Shown: positions 22,490 through 39,233, counted from the whole stretch's first letter. The stretch: 63,230 nt of DNA, filler included, from 13 parts of 13 records of this genome joined end to end with filler, not necessarily neighbours in it; one strand, 5' to 3'. Notes: a model not told the origin generated them from the letters alone. Translations and numbers: made by a program.

Positions 22490-24526
22490 ATGGTACCCTC
22501 AACATTTTCTCGTTTGAAAGCCGCGCGTTGTCTGCCTGTTGTTCTGGCAGCCCTGATTTTCGCCGGTTGTGGCACCCATACTCCCGATCAGTCCACTGCT
22601 TATATGCAGGGCACGGCGCAGGCTGATTCTGCCTTTTATCTTCAGCAGATGCAGCAAAGCTCTGATGATACCAGGATCAACTGGCAATTACTCGCCATTC
22701 GTGCACTGGTGAAAGAAGGTAAAACCGGGCAGGCGGTTGAGTTGTTTAACCAACTACCGCAAGAACTGAACGATGCTCAGCGTCGCGAGAAAACACTGCT
22801 GGCGGTAGAGATTAAACTGGCGCAGAAAGATTTTGCTGGCGCGCAAAACTTGCTGGCGAAAATCACACCTGCCGATTTAGAACAAAACCAGCAAGCGCGT
22901 TACTGGCAGGCAAAAATCGATGCCAGCCAGGGGCGTCCTTCCATTGATTTACTGCGCGCGTTAATTGCTCAGGAACCGCTGCTTGGCGCGAAAGAAAAAC
23001 AGCAGAATATTGATGCCACCTGGCAGGCGCTCTCCTCCATGACTCAGGAACAGGCGAATACGCTGGTGATCAACGCCGACGAAAATATTCTGCAAGGCTG
23101 GCTGGATCTGCAGCGCGTCTGGTTTGATAACCGTAACGATCCCGACATGATGAAAGCCGGGATCGCCGACTGGCAGAAACGTTATCCGAACAATCCGGGC
23201 GCGAAAATGCTGCCAACGCAGTTGGTTAACGTAAAAGCGTTTAAACCAGCCTCGACCAACAAAATCGCCCTGCTGTTGCCACTGAATGGCCAGGCAGCGG
23301 TATTTGGTCGCACTATTCAGCAAGGCTTTGAAGCGGCGAAAAATATCGGCACTCAGCCAGTGGCAGCTCAGGTAGCTGCCGCACCTGCCGCAGACGTAGC
23401 TGAACAACCTCAGCCGCAAACCGTGGATGGCGTTGCCAGCCCGGCACAAGCCTCGGTTAGCGATCTGACCGGTGAACAGCCTGCAGCCCAGCCGGTGCCT
23501 GTAAGCGCCCCGGCGACAAGCACCGCAGCGGTAAGCGCACCCGCAAATCCATCCGCAGAGCTGAAAATCTACGATACCTCATCACAACCACTTAGCCAGA
23601 TCTTAAGCCAGGTTCAGCAGGATGGCGCGAGTATTGTGGTCGGTCCGTTGCTGAAAAATAACGTTGAAGAGTTGCTGAAGAGCAACACTCCGCTGAACGT
23701 ACTGGCACTGAACCAGCCGGAGAATATCGAAAATCGCGTCAATATTTGTTACTTCGCGCTTTCACCGGAAGACGAAGCGCGCGATGCAGCGCGTCATATT
23801 CGTGACCAGGGTAAACAAGCGCCGCTGGTGCTGATCCCACGCAGTTCATTGGGCGATCGCGTAGCCAATGCGTTTGCGCAAGAGTGGCAGAAACTGGGCG
23901 GCGGCACCGTTCTGCAACAAAAATTTGGTTCCACCAGCGAATTACGCGCGGGTGTTAACGGCGGTTCTGGTATTGCTTTAACGGGTAGCCCGATTACTCT
24001 CAGAGCGACAACCGACTCCGGCATGACGACCAACAATCCAACGCTGCAAACCACGCCAACCGATGACCAGTTCACCAATAATGGCGGTCGTGTCGATGCG
24101 GTGTACATTGTGGCAACGCCGGGTGAAATCGCTTTTATCAAACCGATGATCGCCATGCGTAACGGTAGCCAGAGCGGTGCAACGCTGTACGCCAGCTCCC
24201 GCAGTGCGCAAGGGACCGCTGGCCCGGATTTCCGACTGGAGATGGAAGGCTTGCAGTACAGCGAAATCCCGATGCTGGCAGGCGGTAATCTACCGTTAAT
24301 GCAGCAGGCACTCAGCGCGGTGAATAACGATTATTCACTGGCTCGCATGTATGCGATGGGCGTCGATGCCTGGTCGCTGGCAAATCATTTCTCACAAATG
24401 CGCCAGGTTCAGGGTTTTGAAATCAACGGTAATACCGGAAGCCTGACGGCTAACCCGGATTGCGTGATTAACAGGAACTTATCATGGCTACAGTACCAAC
24501 AAGGTCAGGTAGTCCCCGTCAGTTAA
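22490..24526 (+). CDS. lpoA: PBP1a activator lipoprotein LpoA
   Basis: Lipobox [19 protein letters not shown]; 678 aa. Confidence 0.96.
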   Translation: MVPSTFSRLKAARCLPVVLAALIFAGCGTHTPDQSTAYMQGTAQADSAFYLQQMQQSSDDTRINWQLLAIRALVKEGKTGQAVELFNQLPQELNDAQRREKTLLAVEIKLAQKDFAGAQNLLAKITPADLEQNQQARYWQAKIDASQGRPSIDLLRALIAQEPLLGAKEKQQNIDATWQALSSMTQEQANTLVINADENILQGWLDLQRVWFDNRNDPDMMKAGIADWQKRYPNNPGAKMLPTQLVNVKAFKPASTNKIALLLPLNGQAAVFGRTIQQGFEAAKNIGTQPVAAQVAAAPAADVAEQPQPQTVDGVASPAQASVSDLTGEQPAAQPVPVSAPATSTAAVSAPANPSAELKIYDTSSQPLSQILSQVQQDGASIVVGPLLKNNVEELLKSNTPLNVLALNQPENIENRVNICYFALSPEDEARDAARHIRDQGKQAPLVLIPRSSLGDRVANAFAQEWQKLGGGTVLQQKFGSTSELRAGVNGGSGIALTGSPITLRATTDSGMTTNNPTLQTTPTDDQFTNNGGRVDAVYIVATPGEIAFIKPMIAMRNGSQSGATLYASSRSAQGTAGPDFRLEMEGLQYSEIPMLAGGNLPLMQQALSAVNNDYSLARMYAMGVDAWSLANHFSQMRQVQGFEINGNTGSLTANPDCVINRNLSWLQYQQGQVVPVS

Positions 24527-24879
24527 CCACCAAACAGACCGGCGATGCGTGGGAAGCACAAGCGCGTCGCTGGCTGGAAGGCAAAGGACTGCGGTTTATC
24601 GCCGCTAACGTGAACGAGCGTGGCGGCGAGATCGATCTGATAATGCGTGAAGGCCGGACCACCATTTTTGTCGAGGTACGCTATCGCCGCTCTGCGCTTT
24701 ATGGCGGCGCGGCAGCCAGTGTGACCCGCAGCAAACAACACAAATTATTACAGACTGCCCGCTTGTGGCTCGCGCGTCATAATGGGAGTTTTGATACTGT
24801 GGATTGCCGGTTCGATGTGGTAGCCTTCACCGGGAATGAGGTTGAGTGGATTAAGGATGCCTTTAATGACCACTCATAA
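24484..24879 (+). CDS. yraN: YraN (UPF0102) endonuclease-like protein
   Basis: GEIDLIM...FVEVR...RFDVV. Confidence 0.95.
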   Translation: MATVPTRSGSPRQLTTKQTGDAWEAQARRWLEGKGLRFIAANVNERGGEIDLIMREGRTTIFVEVRYRRSALYGGAAASVTRSKQHKLLQTARLWLARHNGSFDTVDCRFDVVAFTGNEVEWIKDAFNDHS

Positions 24880-24898
24880 TTAAGGTTTAAGGATTAGC

Positions 24899-25489
24899 GT
24901 GCAAGAAAGAATTAAAGCTTGCTTCACTGAAAGCATTCAAACTCAAATTGCGGCGGCAGAGGCGCTTCCGGATGCCATCTCCCGTGCAGCCATGACGCTG
25001 GTTCAGTCTCTGCTCAATGGCAACAAAATCCTCTGTTGTGGTAATGGAACTTCCGCTGCCAATGCACAGCATTTTGCTGCCAGCATGATCAACCGTTTCG
25101 AAACGGAGCGGCCCAGCTTACCTGCCATTGCACTAAATACTGATAATGTTGTCTTAACGGCGATTGCCAACGATCGCTTACATGATGAAGTGTATGCAAA
25201 ACAGGTGCGGGCGCTGGGTCATGCGGGAGATGTATTGTTAGCCATTTCCACCCGTGGCAACAGCCGCGATATTGTTAAAGCAGTTGAAGCCGCCGTTACG
25301 CGTGATATGACCATTGTGGCATTGACCGGCTATGACGGCGGCGAACTTGCAGGTTTGTTAGGGCCACAGGATGTGGAGATCCGCATTCCTTCGCATCGTA
25401 GTGCTCGCATTCAGGAAATGCATATGCTGACGGTAAATTGCCTGTGCGATCTGATCGATAACACGCTTTTCCCTCACCAGGATGATTAA
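24899..25489 (+). CDS. diaA: DnaA initiator-associating protein DiaA
   Basis: SIS fold, [14 protein letters not shown]; 196 aa. Confidence 0.97.
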
Positions 25490-25498
25490 GGAGAATAC

Positions 25499-26074
25499 AT
25501 GAAGGCATTATCGCCAATCGCAGTCCTTATTTCCGCGCTGCTGTTGCAAGGTTGTGTTGCCGCTGCCGTAGTGGGTACCGCTGCTGTGGGTACCAAAGCC
25601 GCAACTGACCCACGCAGTGTCGGCACCCAGGTGGACGATGGTACCCTGGAAGTGCGCGTGAACAGCGCATTGTCGAAAGACGAACAGATTAAGAAAGAAG
25701 CGCGCATTAATGTAACGGCCTATCAGGGCAAAGTGCTGCTGGTTGGGCAGTCACCAAATGCTGAACTTTCGGCTCGCGCCAAACAGATTGCTATGGGCGT
25801 AGACGGTGCCAACGAAGTGTATAACGAGATTCGTCAGGGCCAGCCGATTGGTCTGGGCGAAGCATCTAACGATACGTGGATCACCACCAAAGTGCGTTCG
25901 CAGCTCTTAACCAGCGACCTGGTGAAATCGTCCAACGTGAAAGTGACCACCGAAAACGGTGAAGTGTTCCTGATGGGGCTGGTGACTGAACGTGAAGCGA
26001 AAGCGGCGGCAGATATTGCCAGCCGGGTGAGCGGCGTGAAGCGGGTAACTACGGCGTTTACGTTTATTAAATAG
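25499..26074 (+). CDS. dolP: Dual-BON-domain lipoprotein DolP (YraP)
   Basis: Lipobox LQGC, two BON domains; 191 aa. Confidence 0.95.
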   Translation: MKALSPIAVLISALLLQGCVAAAVVGTAAVGTKAATDPRSVGTQVDDGTLEVRVNSALSKDEQIKKEARINVTAYQGKVLLVGQSPNAELSARAKQIAMGVDGANEVYNEIRQGQPIGLGEASNDTWITTKVRSQLLTSDLVKSSNVKVTTENGEVFLMGLVTEREAKAAADIASRVSGVKRVTTAFTFIK

Positions 26075-26084
26075 CAGCCCCTTG

Positions 26085-26115
26085 TAATGCCTGATGCGAC
26101 GCTTGCCGCGTCTTA
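26085..26115. repeat. REP element truncated at contig end
   Basis: ATGCCTGATGCGACGCTTGCCGCGTCTTA. Confidence 0.85.
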
Positions 26116-26215
26116 NNNNNNNNNNNNNNNNNNNNNNNNNNNNNNNNNNNNNNNNNNNNTTAATTAATTAANNNNNNNNNNNNNNNNNNNNNNNNNNNNN
26201 NNNNNNNNNNNNNNN

Positions 26216-26341
<126 letters not shown>

Positions 26342-26354
26342 TTAACCCTTAGGC

Positions 26355-28481
<2,127 letters not shown>

Positions 28482-28496
28482 TTATCTTTTAGGCGT

Positions 28497-29051
<555 letters not shown>

Positions 29052-29132
29052 TTAATTCAGGATTGTCCAAAACTCTACGAGTTTAGTTTGACATTTAAGT
29101 TAAAACGTTTGGCCTTACTTAACGGAGAACCA

Positions 29133-29606
<474 letters not shown>

Positions 29607-29632
29607 TCAAGAAATATACAACGATCCCGCCA

Positions 29633-29920
29633 TCACCAGGCCATCTGGCTGGGGTGCTTAACCGTAAGTCTGACGAAATCAGTATAGTCAATGAGAATGA
29701 TGTCGTTCGAAATTTGACCAGTCAAACCGCGGGCAATAAGGTCTTCGTTCAGGGCATAGACCTTAATGGGGGCATTACGCAGACTTTCAAGGTAGCGGTT
29801 ACCGTCAACTGCGGCAGTTACGCCATCTTGCAATAATAGCAGTTCGTCTCCTTCACTGAGCAGACGCAGCAGCGCAGCAAAATCCGTCAGCCAGGGTGAG
29901 CGATGTAATGTGTGCAGCAT
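29633..29920 (-). CDS. tusB: Sulfur relay protein TusB
   Basis: 95 aa, DsrH-like. Confidence 0.96.
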   Translation of the reverse strand: MLHTLHRSPWLTDFAALLRLLSEGDELLLLQDGVTAAVDGNRYLESLRNAPIKVYALNEDLIARGLTGQISNDIILIDYTDFVRLTVKHPSQMAW

Positions 29921-29927
29921 AAACGCC

Positions 29928-30286
29928 TCAAAACCTCAAAATAACATCGTAGTTGGCGAGTTCGCGGCGTAAGGCATCTGCTTCGAGCGGCGTGGCTTCG
30001 ACAACAAAGGGTGTCTGCGGATCTAACCCGCGTTCGCGCAGTGAAGCCGCACAAACCCAGCACTGTTCAATGTCGTACAGACCCAACAATTTAAAAGTGG
30101 CAATGTAATCACGCGCCAGCACTGCATCGGGCTTTTGTCCTGGCAGCAGCTGAAAAACGCCATCAGCTATAAAGAAGACAGCCAGATCGTCAGTTAATGC
30201 GGAAGTTGCCAGTAAAGCATCTAAACCTTCCCGGCCTGCGGCTGTACCATGAGGTGCAGTAGAAAAAACAAACGCAATTCGTTTCA

Positions 30287-30287
<1 letters not shown>
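29928..30287 (-). CDS. tusC: Sulfur relay protein TusC
   Basis: 119 aa, DsrF-like. Confidence 0.96.
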
Positions 30288-31395
<1,108 letters not shown>

Positions 31396-31521
31396 GAAAA
31401 AAAACACTCCTTTTCAGGAGCCTGTCGTTAACTTTTCAGGGCAGGCTCATTAATGATGCGGGTAACTAAATTAATACAGCGGAGGTTCCGCTTTCCAGCA
31501 CTAATTATATCCGGCCTGTAA

Positions 31522-31556
31522 TAAAAAAACCGCCGCCTGGTCAGGCGGCGGTTCTT
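31522..31556 (-). terminator. Terminator after fkpA
   Basis: AACCGCCGCCTG...CAGGCGGCGGTT stem plus T run on the minus strand. Confidence 0.85.
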
Positions 31557-31561
31557 AATGC

Positions 31562-32374
31562 TTATTTTTTAGCAGAATCTGCGGCTTTCGCATCAGCTTC
31601 CGGCTTTGCATCAGCCTTCGGCGCTGGTTTCACATCCAGCAGCTCTACGTCAAACACCAGGGTAGAATTCGGTGGGATCCCCGGAACACCCGCTTTGCCG
31701 TAAGCCAGTTCTGGTGGAATAACCAGTTTGATCTTACCGCCTTTCTTGATGTTCTTCAGACCTTCTGTCCAACCCGGGATAACACCGTCCAGACGGAAAG
31801 AAAGCGGTTCACCACGGGTGTAAGAGTTGTCGAACTCTTTACCGTCGATCAGCGTACCTTTGTAGTTCACTACAACAGTATCGCTGTCTTTCGGTGCTTC
31901 GCCTTTACCGGCTTCTACTACCTGATAAACCAGACCAGTTGAAGAGGTTTTCACACCTTTCTCTTTGGCAAATTTCTCGCGGTACTCTTTACCTTTTGCT
32001 TCGTTATCAGCCGCGTCTTTTTCCATCTTCGCCTGAGCAGAAGACTTCACGCGAGCTTCGAATGCTTGTAGAGTCTGTTCGATCTCTTGGTCGGAGAGTT
32101 TGCTCTTATCAGCAAATGCATCCTGAACACCAGCGATCAGCTGATCTTTATCCAGTTTGATGCCCAGTTTTTCTTGTTCTTTTAGAGAGTTTTCCATGTA
32201 ACGACCCAGCGAGGCACCCAGTGCATAAGCTGATTTCTGATCGTCATTTTTGAACGCTGCTTTGCTGTCAGCAGCTGTAGCAGGTTTTGCAGCTTCAGCA
32301 GCAAAAGTGATTGGTGCATGCAGGGCAACGGCCATTGTGGTCGCCAGCAGCGTTACTTTAAACAGTGATTTCAT
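31562..32374 (-). CDS. fkpA: Periplasmic FKBP-type PPIase FkpA
   Basis: Signal peptide, VIPGWTEGL FKBP motif; 270 aa. Confidence 0.98.
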   Translation of the reverse strand: MKSLFKVTLLATTMAVALHAPITFAAEAAKPATAADSKAAFKNDDQKSAYALGASLGRYMENSLKEQEKLGIKLDKDQLIAGVQDAFADKSKLSDQEIEQTLQAFEARVKSSAQAKMEKDAADNEAKGKEYREKFAKEKGVKTSSTGLVYQVVEAGKGEAPKDSDTVVVNYKGTLIDGKEFDNSYTRGEPLSFRLDGVIPGWTEGLKNIKKGGKIKLVIPPELAYGKAGVPGIPPNSTLVFDVELLDVKPAPKADAKPEADAKAADSAKK

Positions 32375-32594
32375 CCATATCTCCAGGATCGGGGCATCTC
32401 ACCCCAGGGTTAACTATTATCAGAAGGGTACTATAAAGCGTTGTCGAACAAATCTACATACAGACACGCCCTATTATCATCTATTTTCAGACTCTTTTTG
32501 TTTAAATTAGTTTCGATGACCGCGAAATGAGTGCTGTCTCGGGCAGCAAAGTTAAGTAGAATCCGCGGCGACCATTCGACAAAAGAGGTGAATC

Positions 32595-32813
32595 ATGCAG
32601 GATTTATCATTGGAAGCACGCCTGGCAGAGCTGGAGAGCCGACTGGCTTTTCAGGAAATCACCATTGAAGAACTGAACGTCACGGTGACCGCTCATGAAA
32701 TGGAGATGGCGAAACTGCGCGATCATCTGCGTCTGCTGACCGAGAAGTTAAAAGCCAGCCAGCCGTCGAACATCGCGTCGCAGGCTGAAGAAACGCCACC
32801 GCCACATTATTGA
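32595..32813 (+). CDS. slyX: SlyX
   Basis: 72 aa ending ETPPPHY. Confidence 0.96.
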
Positions 32814-32818
32814 GGCGT

Positions 32819-32847
32819 AAAAAAAGCGGGGATTCCCCGCTTTTTTG
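32819..32847. terminator. Bidirectional terminator between slyX and slyD
   Basis: AAAAAAAGCGGGGATTCCCCGCTTTTTT. Confidence 0.9.
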
Positions 32848-32861
32848 TCACTTTTTCGGTA

Positions 32862-33452
32862 TTAGTGGCAACCGCAACCGCCGTTGCCTTTACCGCCACA
32901 GCAGCCTTCGCCACCGTGTTCATGACCGTGATCGTGGCCATGACCGCCGCAGCAACCGTCGTGGTCGTGATCGTGGTGGTGATCGTGCGCGCCGTGAACG
33001 TGACCATGAGCCAGTTCTTCTTCAGTCGCTTCGCGAATCGCCACAACTTCAACGTTGAATTTCAGGTTCTGACCGGCCAGCATGTGGTTACCATCAACCA
33101 CGACGTGATCGTCTTCAACCGCAGTGATTTCAACCGGTACCGGACCCTGGTCGGTTTCAGCCAGGAAACGCATACCTACCTGCAGTTCATCAACGCCCAT
33201 AAATACGTCTTTAGGAACACGTTGCACCAGGTTTTCGTCGTACTGACCGTAAGCGTCGTTCGCGCCAACAGCGACATCAAATTTGTCGCCAACTTCATGA
33301 CCTTCCAGCGCCGTTTCCAGGCCAGAGATCAGGGAACCGTGACCATGCAGGTAGTCCAGCGGCGCACTCACCGGAGACTCATCAACCAACACACCGTCTT
33401 CTGTACGTACCTGATAGGCCAGGCTGACCACCAGGTCTTTTGCTACTTTCAT
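32862..33452 (-). CDS. slyD: FKBP-type PPIase / metallochaperone SlyD
   Basis: 196 aa with His/Cys-rich tail. Confidence 0.98.
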   Translation of the reverse strand: MKVAKDLVVSLAYQVRTEDGVLVDESPVSAPLDYLHGHGSLISGLETALEGHEVGDKFDVAVGANDAYGQYDENLVQRVPKDVFMGVDELQVGMRFLAETDQGPVPVEITAVEDDHVVVDGNHMLAGQNLKFNVEVVAIREATEEELAHGHVHGAHDHHHDHDHDGCCGGHGHDHGHEHGGEGCCGGKGNGGCGCH

Positions 33453-33546
33453 GATATCTCCTGAGCATGGGAAGAATAGTGGCGCAGATTGTAGCGGAAT
33501 TCTGCAGCCGTGTACTCACTAGCTTAAAAAAACTCGGCGCATATCG

Positions 33547-33747
33547 CTAGTCCGGATGAAAAATCCCGATCACTTGCTCATCTTTGCGAACGTGATCGCG
33601 GGCTTCTTTGTCTGCTTCTCGCATCTGATGTCCGCACTTAACACATTCAACAATATCAATATTATTTTCGCGCCACATCGCCATTGAATCCTGCGCCTGA
33701 CAGGCCGGGCATTTTGCGCCCGCAATAAAACGTTTTCGGATTGCCAT
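33547..33747 (-). CDS. yheV: Zn-ribbon protein YheV
   Basis: KRFIAGAKCPAC...ECVKCG; 66 aa. Confidence 0.93.
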   Translation of the reverse strand: MAIRKRFIAGAKCPACQAQDSMAMWRENNIDIVECVKCGHQMREADKEARDHVRKDEQVIGIFHPD

Positions 33748-33756
33748 CTTTACCCT

Positions 33757-35114
33757 CTACTCAAATTCATCCCAGCCGTCCAGCTGGCGTCGTTCTTGTT
33801 GCATTTCACGCTGGAAAATCTCTTCCAGTTCGCGTCGGGCTTCCCTGGCGCGAGAAATTTGTACGGTATCGGCATGCATTGGGATGAGCTCTCGCAGCAT
33901 CCGCATATCCAGGCGGCGAAAATGCAGTTGCGCTCGCTGTGCCTGATGCGGATGCATGCCAAGCGTGACCAGCGTCTTGCGCCCCAGCTCTAACGCACTG
34001 GAGAATGTTTCACGGGAAAACTGCGTCACCCCTGCCTGTAATAACTCATGCGCTTCCACACGTCCGCGCGCTCGCGCAAGAATATGCAAATGCGGAAAGT
34101 GCTGTTGGCATATTTCCACCAGCTTCATGGTGTCTTCCGGCTCGTTACAGGTAATGACGATAGACTCAGCGGCCTCTGCACCCGCAGAACGTAAAAGATC
34201 GACCTGCGTGGCGTCGCCGTAATAAACTTTGTAGCCGTATTTACGCATCAGGTTAACGGCGCTGATATCCCGCTCCAGCACGGTAATGCGCATTTTATTT
34301 GCCATCAGCAAACGACCAATCACCTGACCAAAACGCCCGAAGCCCACGACAATGACCTGGGGTTTATCATCGTTGACCCACGGTTTTTCGTCTTCTTCTT
34401 CCGGTCCGTTAAACTGGCGGGATAGCCATTTATCCACCAGCTTCATCAGCAACGGCGTGGTCATCATGGAAAGCGTCACCGTCACCAGCAACAACGCCAT
34501 CTGGTCGCCCTGGAATAAGCGTTGTGAAGAAGCGGTAGAAAAGAGGACAAAGGCAAACTCACCACCCTGACTCAACACGCCAGCAAACTGCATCCGCTCT
34601 GAGCTACGCACGCCATACAATCGCGCCAGCAGATACAGCACGAGAATTTTCACCGCCACCAGCACAACCACGCTTATCACTACCCACAACAGATGGGTAT
34701 AAAGCACCCCGAGGTTGAGTGACATGCCGACAGAGATAAAGAACAAACCGAGCAGCAAGCCTTTGAAGGGATCGATAGCCGTTTCCAGTTCATGGCGATA
34801 TTCACTTTCCGCCAGCAGCACGCCCGCAATAAATGTACCGAGCGCCATCGACAGCCCCAGCGCATCCATAAACAATGCGGAACCCAACACCAGCAGCAGC
34901 GTCGCGGCGGTGAACACTTCCCGCACGCCAGAAGCTGCAATAAAGCGGAATACCGGACGCAGTAAATAGCGCCCACCAATCAGCATGCCGACAAACGCCA
35001 GCACCTTCATGCCGACCTTCATCCAGTCGAAATGTTCGTCTGCCGACCCCGCCAACAACGGCACTAACGCCAGTGCTGGGATTACTGCCAGATCCTGAAA
35101 CAGCAGAACCGAAA
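33757..35114 (-). CDS. kefB: Glutathione-gated K+ efflux protein KefB (5' partial)
   Basis: [11 protein letters not shown] loop and KTN domain GFGRFG. Confidence 0.95.
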
Positions 35115-35214
35115 NNNNNNNNNNNNNNNNNNNNNNNNNNNNNNNNNNNNNNNNNNNNTTAATTAATTAANNNNNNNNNNNNNNNNNNNNNNNNNNNNNN
35201 NNNNNNNNNNNNNN

Positions 35215-35242
35215 GGCCTGATAAGCGTAGCGCATCAGGCAA
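35215..35242. repeat. REP element at contig start
   Basis: GGCCTGATAAGCGTAGCGCATCAGGCAA. Confidence 0.85.
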
Positions 35243-35281
35243 TTAACCCCACCTTCTCCATGTGGAGAGGGTGGGATTGGA

Positions 35282-37195
35282 TTACTTACGACCTGCCAGC
35301 AGTTCCAGCACTTCATCCACGCTGGTGGTGTGTGCCAGACGCTCGATGACGGACTCATCATCCAGTGCATTGGTCAGGCTGGTGATAACCTGAATGTGCT
35401 CGTTGTTACGGGCAGCAATACCAATCACCAGACGGGCAATGTCATCTTCTTCTTCACCGAAGCGCACGCCTTCCGGGTACTGGCAGAACACGACGCCCGT
35501 TTTCAGTACGCGATCTTTCGCTTCAACCGTACCGTGTGGCACCGCGATAGACTCACCCAGATAAGTCGGGGTCAGTTTTTCACGATCCAGCATCGCCTGA
35601 ACGTATTCCGGCTCAACGTAACCGCCTTTCACCAGCTGCTCGCCAGCAAAACGAATCGCTTCTTCTTTGGTTGCCGCTTTGCGACCGAGGAAGATGTTCT
35701 CCGCGCCTAGCTTGAACAGGTTAGCACTGGAATCGTCAAAGCTGTCTTTCAGGCTGTCTTTTACTTTCTCTTCGTTTGCCGTGTGGCGTTGGGCAGCAAC
35801 CAGACGTTCGGTCAGGCTGGTGTACAGGCCGCTGTCGAGGAAGTTGGTCAGCGAAATATGCTGTGCCTGCGGAACCTGGCGCATAGCGCGTTCGGTCAGG
35901 TCACGGTGAGTGATGACGAGGTCCACATCTGGCGGCAGGTTGTTGATCGCGCTGTTAGTAACAGAAATCTGCGACAGACCTGCATCCTGAATTTTCTTAC
36001 GCAGAACGCCTGCGCCCATCGCACTGGAACCCATACCGGCGTCACAGGCAACGATGATTTTACGTACGTGGCTCAGGTCGTTAGTCACATCGCCAGCAGA
36101 CAGCGGAGATGCGCCTTTAGACTCAGCTTTCATGTCCTGCATACGACGAGTTGCTGCTTCAATATCATCTTCTTCTTTCACTTTGCTGGTTTTCAGCAAA
36201 ATAGCAGAGACAACGAAGGAGACAGCCATCGCCGCACACACACCCGCGATGTTAGCGAAGTAAGCACCTTTTGGTGTCATCGCCAGTACAGCAAGGATAG
36301 AACCCGGAGATGCCGGAGAAACCAGACCACCGCCCAGGATAGTCAGCGTGAACACGCCAGTCATACCGCCGAGGATGACTGCGAGGATCAGACGCGGATT
36401 CATCAGCACATACGGGAAGTAGATTTCGTGGATACCCCCCAGGAAGTGGATGATTGCCGCACCGCCCGCAGACTGTTTAGCGCTACCACGACCAAAGAAC
36501 ATGTACGCCAGCAGCACGCCCATACCTGGACCTGGGTTAGCTTCAATCAGGAAGAAGATTGATTTACCCAGTTCATGGGACTGCTGAATACCCAGCGGCG
36601 AGAAGATACCGTGGTTAATGGCGTTGTTGAGGAACAGGATTTTCGCCGGTTCAACAAAGATAGACGCCAGCGGCAGCATGTCATGGACAACCATGAAGTT
36701 AACGCCCGCAGCCAGCATTTTGGACAGGGCTTCAACAATCGGGCCAATGCCGAGGAATGCCAGAATAGCGAGGATCATCCCGATGATGCCTGCGGAGAAG
36801 TTATTCACCAGCATCTCAAAACCGGATTTGATCTTACCGTCTACCCAGCGGTCGAAGTGCTTAATGCACCAGCCGCCCAGCGGACCTGCAATCATAGAAC
36901 CGAGGAACATCGGCATGTCTGCGCCGACGATAACGCCCATGGTGGTGATGGCACCGACTACGCCGCCACGTTCGCCGCCTACCAGCTTACCACCGGTATA
37001 ACCGATCAGCAGCGGCAGGAGATAAGTGATCATCGGCCCGACCAGCTTCGCCAGCGTCTCGTTCGGTAACCACCCTGTTGGAATAAATAACGCGGTGATG
37101 ATACCCCACGCGATAAACGCGCCGATATTTGGCATCACCATGTTGCTGAGGAAACGACCAAAGCTTTGCACTTTGATCTTAATATCGGATGACAT
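35282..37195 (-). CDS. mtlA: PTS mannitol EIICBA
   Basis: GGIHEIYF, ACDAGMGSS, AVPHG; 637 aa. Confidence 0.98.
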   Translation of the reverse strand: MSSDIKIKVQSFGRFLSNMVMPNIGAFIAWGIITALFIPTGWLPNETLAKLVGPMITYLLPLLIGYTGGKLVGGERGGVVGAITTMGVIVGADMPMFLGSMIAGPLGGWCIKHFDRWVDGKIKSGFEMLVNNFSAGIIGMILAILAFLGIGPIVEALSKMLAAGVNFMVVHDMLPLASIFVEPAKILFLNNAINHGIFSPLGIQQSHELGKSIFFLIEANPGPGMGVLLAYMFFGRGSAKQSAGGAAIIHFLGGIHEIYFPYVLMNPRLILAVILGGMTGVFTLTILGGGLVSPASPGSILAVLAMTPKGAYFANIAGVCAAMAVSFVVSAILLKTSKVKEEDDIEAATRRMQDMKAESKGASPLSAGDVTNDLSHVRKIIVACDAGMGSSAMGAGVLRKKIQDAGLSQISVTNSAINNLPPDVDLVITHRDLTERAMRQVPQAQHISLTNFLDSGLYTSLTERLVAAQRHTANEEKVKDSLKDSFDDSSANLFKLGAENIFLGRKAATKEEAIRFAGEQLVKGGYVEPEYVQAMLDREKLTPTYLGESIAVPHGTVEAKDRVLKTGVVFCQYPEGVRFGEEEDDIARLVIGIAARNNEHIQVITSLTNALDDESVIERLAHTTSVDEVLELLAGRK

Positions 37196-37300
37196 AAAAA
37201 CACCCCTTCTTATGTTTGCTGTCGCGCAGGCTGGAAGCCCGAGGTTTTTTGTTAATGTGGCGGCAGAGGTAGCCGGACCTTGTAGATACTGCGAAATCTG

Positions 37301-37558
37301 GCACTGAATCGGTTAACTGTCCAGTCGACGGCCTTTTGTGTGATATCAATCACATAAATATAGGGGGTAGAGAGGTAATTGACGTGACGTTCATCACAAA
37401 ACGCTTGTGTAAAAAAGCAACAAGGCGGCGATTTTCGCTAAAAATGGCATTTAAATGTGAGTAGTGTCACATTTTTGTTTTGATGGTTTGTTGAATCTTT
37501 GTGATCTGAATCACAAGATATTTTCTTACGGCGTTCACCTGATGTGATCTACAGCATG
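37301..37558 (-). promoter_or_regulatory. mtlA promoter with clustered CRP sites and a Cra-like site
   Basis: TGTGA-N6-TCACA at 37339, 37456 and 37500; CGTGA-N6-TCACA at 37383; half site at 37543; CTGAATCGGTTAA near 37304. Confidence 0.85.
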
Positions 37559-37731
37559 TTATGCCTTCGTCATACAATCGTTATGTAACTAAGCAACTCA
37601 TCACCTCTAAAAATTATTCTTTGGTGTTATGGCGAGAATCGCGAACCCGGATTATTGTCAAAATATCAGCCTGACTCCCTTCTGGCTGCCAGCCCAAAAA
37701 CAACACTGATAAACGTGAATCCGAGGCAGAT

Positions 37732-38094
37732 ATGTTTCTAAACTATTTCGCGTTGGGAGTGCTGATCTTCGTCTTTCTGGTGATTTTTTATGGAATCATC
37801 GCGATACATGACATCCCTTATCTGATTGCCAAAAAGCGCAACCATCCCCATGCCGACGCTATTCATACGGCGGGCTGGGTGAGCCTGTTTACTCTGCATG
37901 TTATCTGGCCGTTTCTGTGGATCTGGGCGACGCTCTATCAACCGGAGCGTGGCTGGGGTATGCAGTCACATGTTGCGTCGCAGGAGAAAGCGACTGACCC
38001 GGAAATCGCCGCACTTTCTGACCGAATTTCCCGGCTGGAGCATCAACTCGCCGCCGAGAAAAAGACTGACTATTCCACGTTCCCGGAGATCTAA
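37732..38094 (+). CDS. yibI: Membrane protein YibI (DUF3302)
   Basis: 120 aa, [13 protein letters not shown]. Confidence 0.93.
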   Translation: MFLNYFALGVLIFVFLVIFYGIIAIHDIPYLIAKKRNHPHADAIHTAGWVSLFTLHVIWPFLWIWATLYQPERGWGMQSHVASQEKATDPEIAALSDRISRLEHQLAAEKKTDYSTFPEI

Positions 38095-38096
38095 TT

Positions 38097-39233
38097 ATGG
38101 ATCTATTGATTGTTTTAACTTACGTGGCGCTGGCGTGGGCGGTCTTTAAAATCTTCCGCATTCCGGTAAATCAGTGGACGCTGGCGACGGCGGCGCTGGG
38201 AGGCGTGTTTCTGGTGAGTGGTTTGATTTTGTTGATGAACTACAACCACCCTTACACTTTTACCGCGCAAAAGGCAGTGATAGCGATCCCTATCACGCCA
38301 CAGGTGACGGGAATTGTTACTGAAGTCACTGACAAGAATAATCAGCTTATTCAAAAGGGCGAGGTGCTTTTTAAGCTCGACCCGGTTCGTTACCAGGCGC
38401 GAGTTGACAGACTTCAGGCTGACCTGATGACGGCGACGCATAATATAAAGACGCTGCGTGCGCAGCTCACTGAAGCGCAGGCCAACACCACCCAGGTTTC
38501 AGCGGAGCGCGACCGTCTGTTTAAAAATTATCAACGTTACTTGAAAGGCAGCCAGGCGGCGGTGAATCCGTTCTCGGAACGTGACATCGACGATGCGCGG
38601 CAAAATTTCCTCGCGCAGGATGCGCTGGTGAAAGGCTCGGTGGCGGAGCAGGCGCAGATCCAGAGCCAGCTCGACAGTATGGTTAACGGCGAGCAATCGC
38701 AGATTGTGAGCTTAAGAGCGCAACTTACTGAAGCAAAATATAACCTTGAGCAGACTGTCATTCGCGCGCCGAGCAATGGCTACGTTACTCAGGTACTGAT
38801 CCGCCCAGGTACATACGCAGCTGCCTTGCCGCTGCGTCCGGTGATGGTCTTCATCCCCGAGCAAAAACGGCAAATTGTCGCCCAATTTCGGCAAAACTCG
38901 CTGTTACGTCTGAAACCTGGCGATGATGCGGAAGTGGTGTTTAACGCGCTACCTGGGCAGGTGTTTCACGGCAAACTGACTAGTATTTTACCTGTCGTGC
39001 CAGGCGGTTCTTATCAGGCGCAGGGGGTATTGCAATCATTAACGGTCGTGCCCGGCACGGACGGTGTGCTGGGAACCATTGAACTGGACCCTAACGATGA
39101 TATCGATGCCTTACCCGACGGCATCTACGCCCAGGTGGCGGTTTACTCCGACCATTTCAGCCATGTTTCGGTGATGCGGAAAGTGCTGCTAAGAATGACC
39201 AGCTGGATGCATTATCTTTATTTGGATCATTGA
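38097..39233 (+). CDS. yibH: HlyD-family membrane fusion protein YibH
   Basis: 378 aa, [10 protein letters not shown] and IRAPSNG motifs. Confidence 0.93.
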   Translation: MDLLIVLTYVALAWAVFKIFRIPVNQWTLATAALGGVFLVSGLILLMNYNHPYTFTAQKAVIAIPITPQVTGIVTEVTDKNNQLIQKGEVLFKLDPVRYQARVDRLQADLMTATHNIKTLRAQLTEAQANTTQVSAERDRLFKNYQRYLKGSQAAVNPFSERDIDDARQNFLAQDALVKGSVAEQAQIQSQLDSMVNGEQSQIVSLRAQLTEAKYNLEQTVIRAPSNGYVTQVLIRPGTYAAALPLRPVMVFIPEQKRQIVAQFRQNSLLRLKPGDDAEVVFNALPGQVFHGKLTSILPVVPGGSYQAQGVLQSLTVVPGTDGVLGTIELDPNDDIDALPDGIYAQVAVYSDHFSHVSVMRKVLLRMTSWMHYLYLDH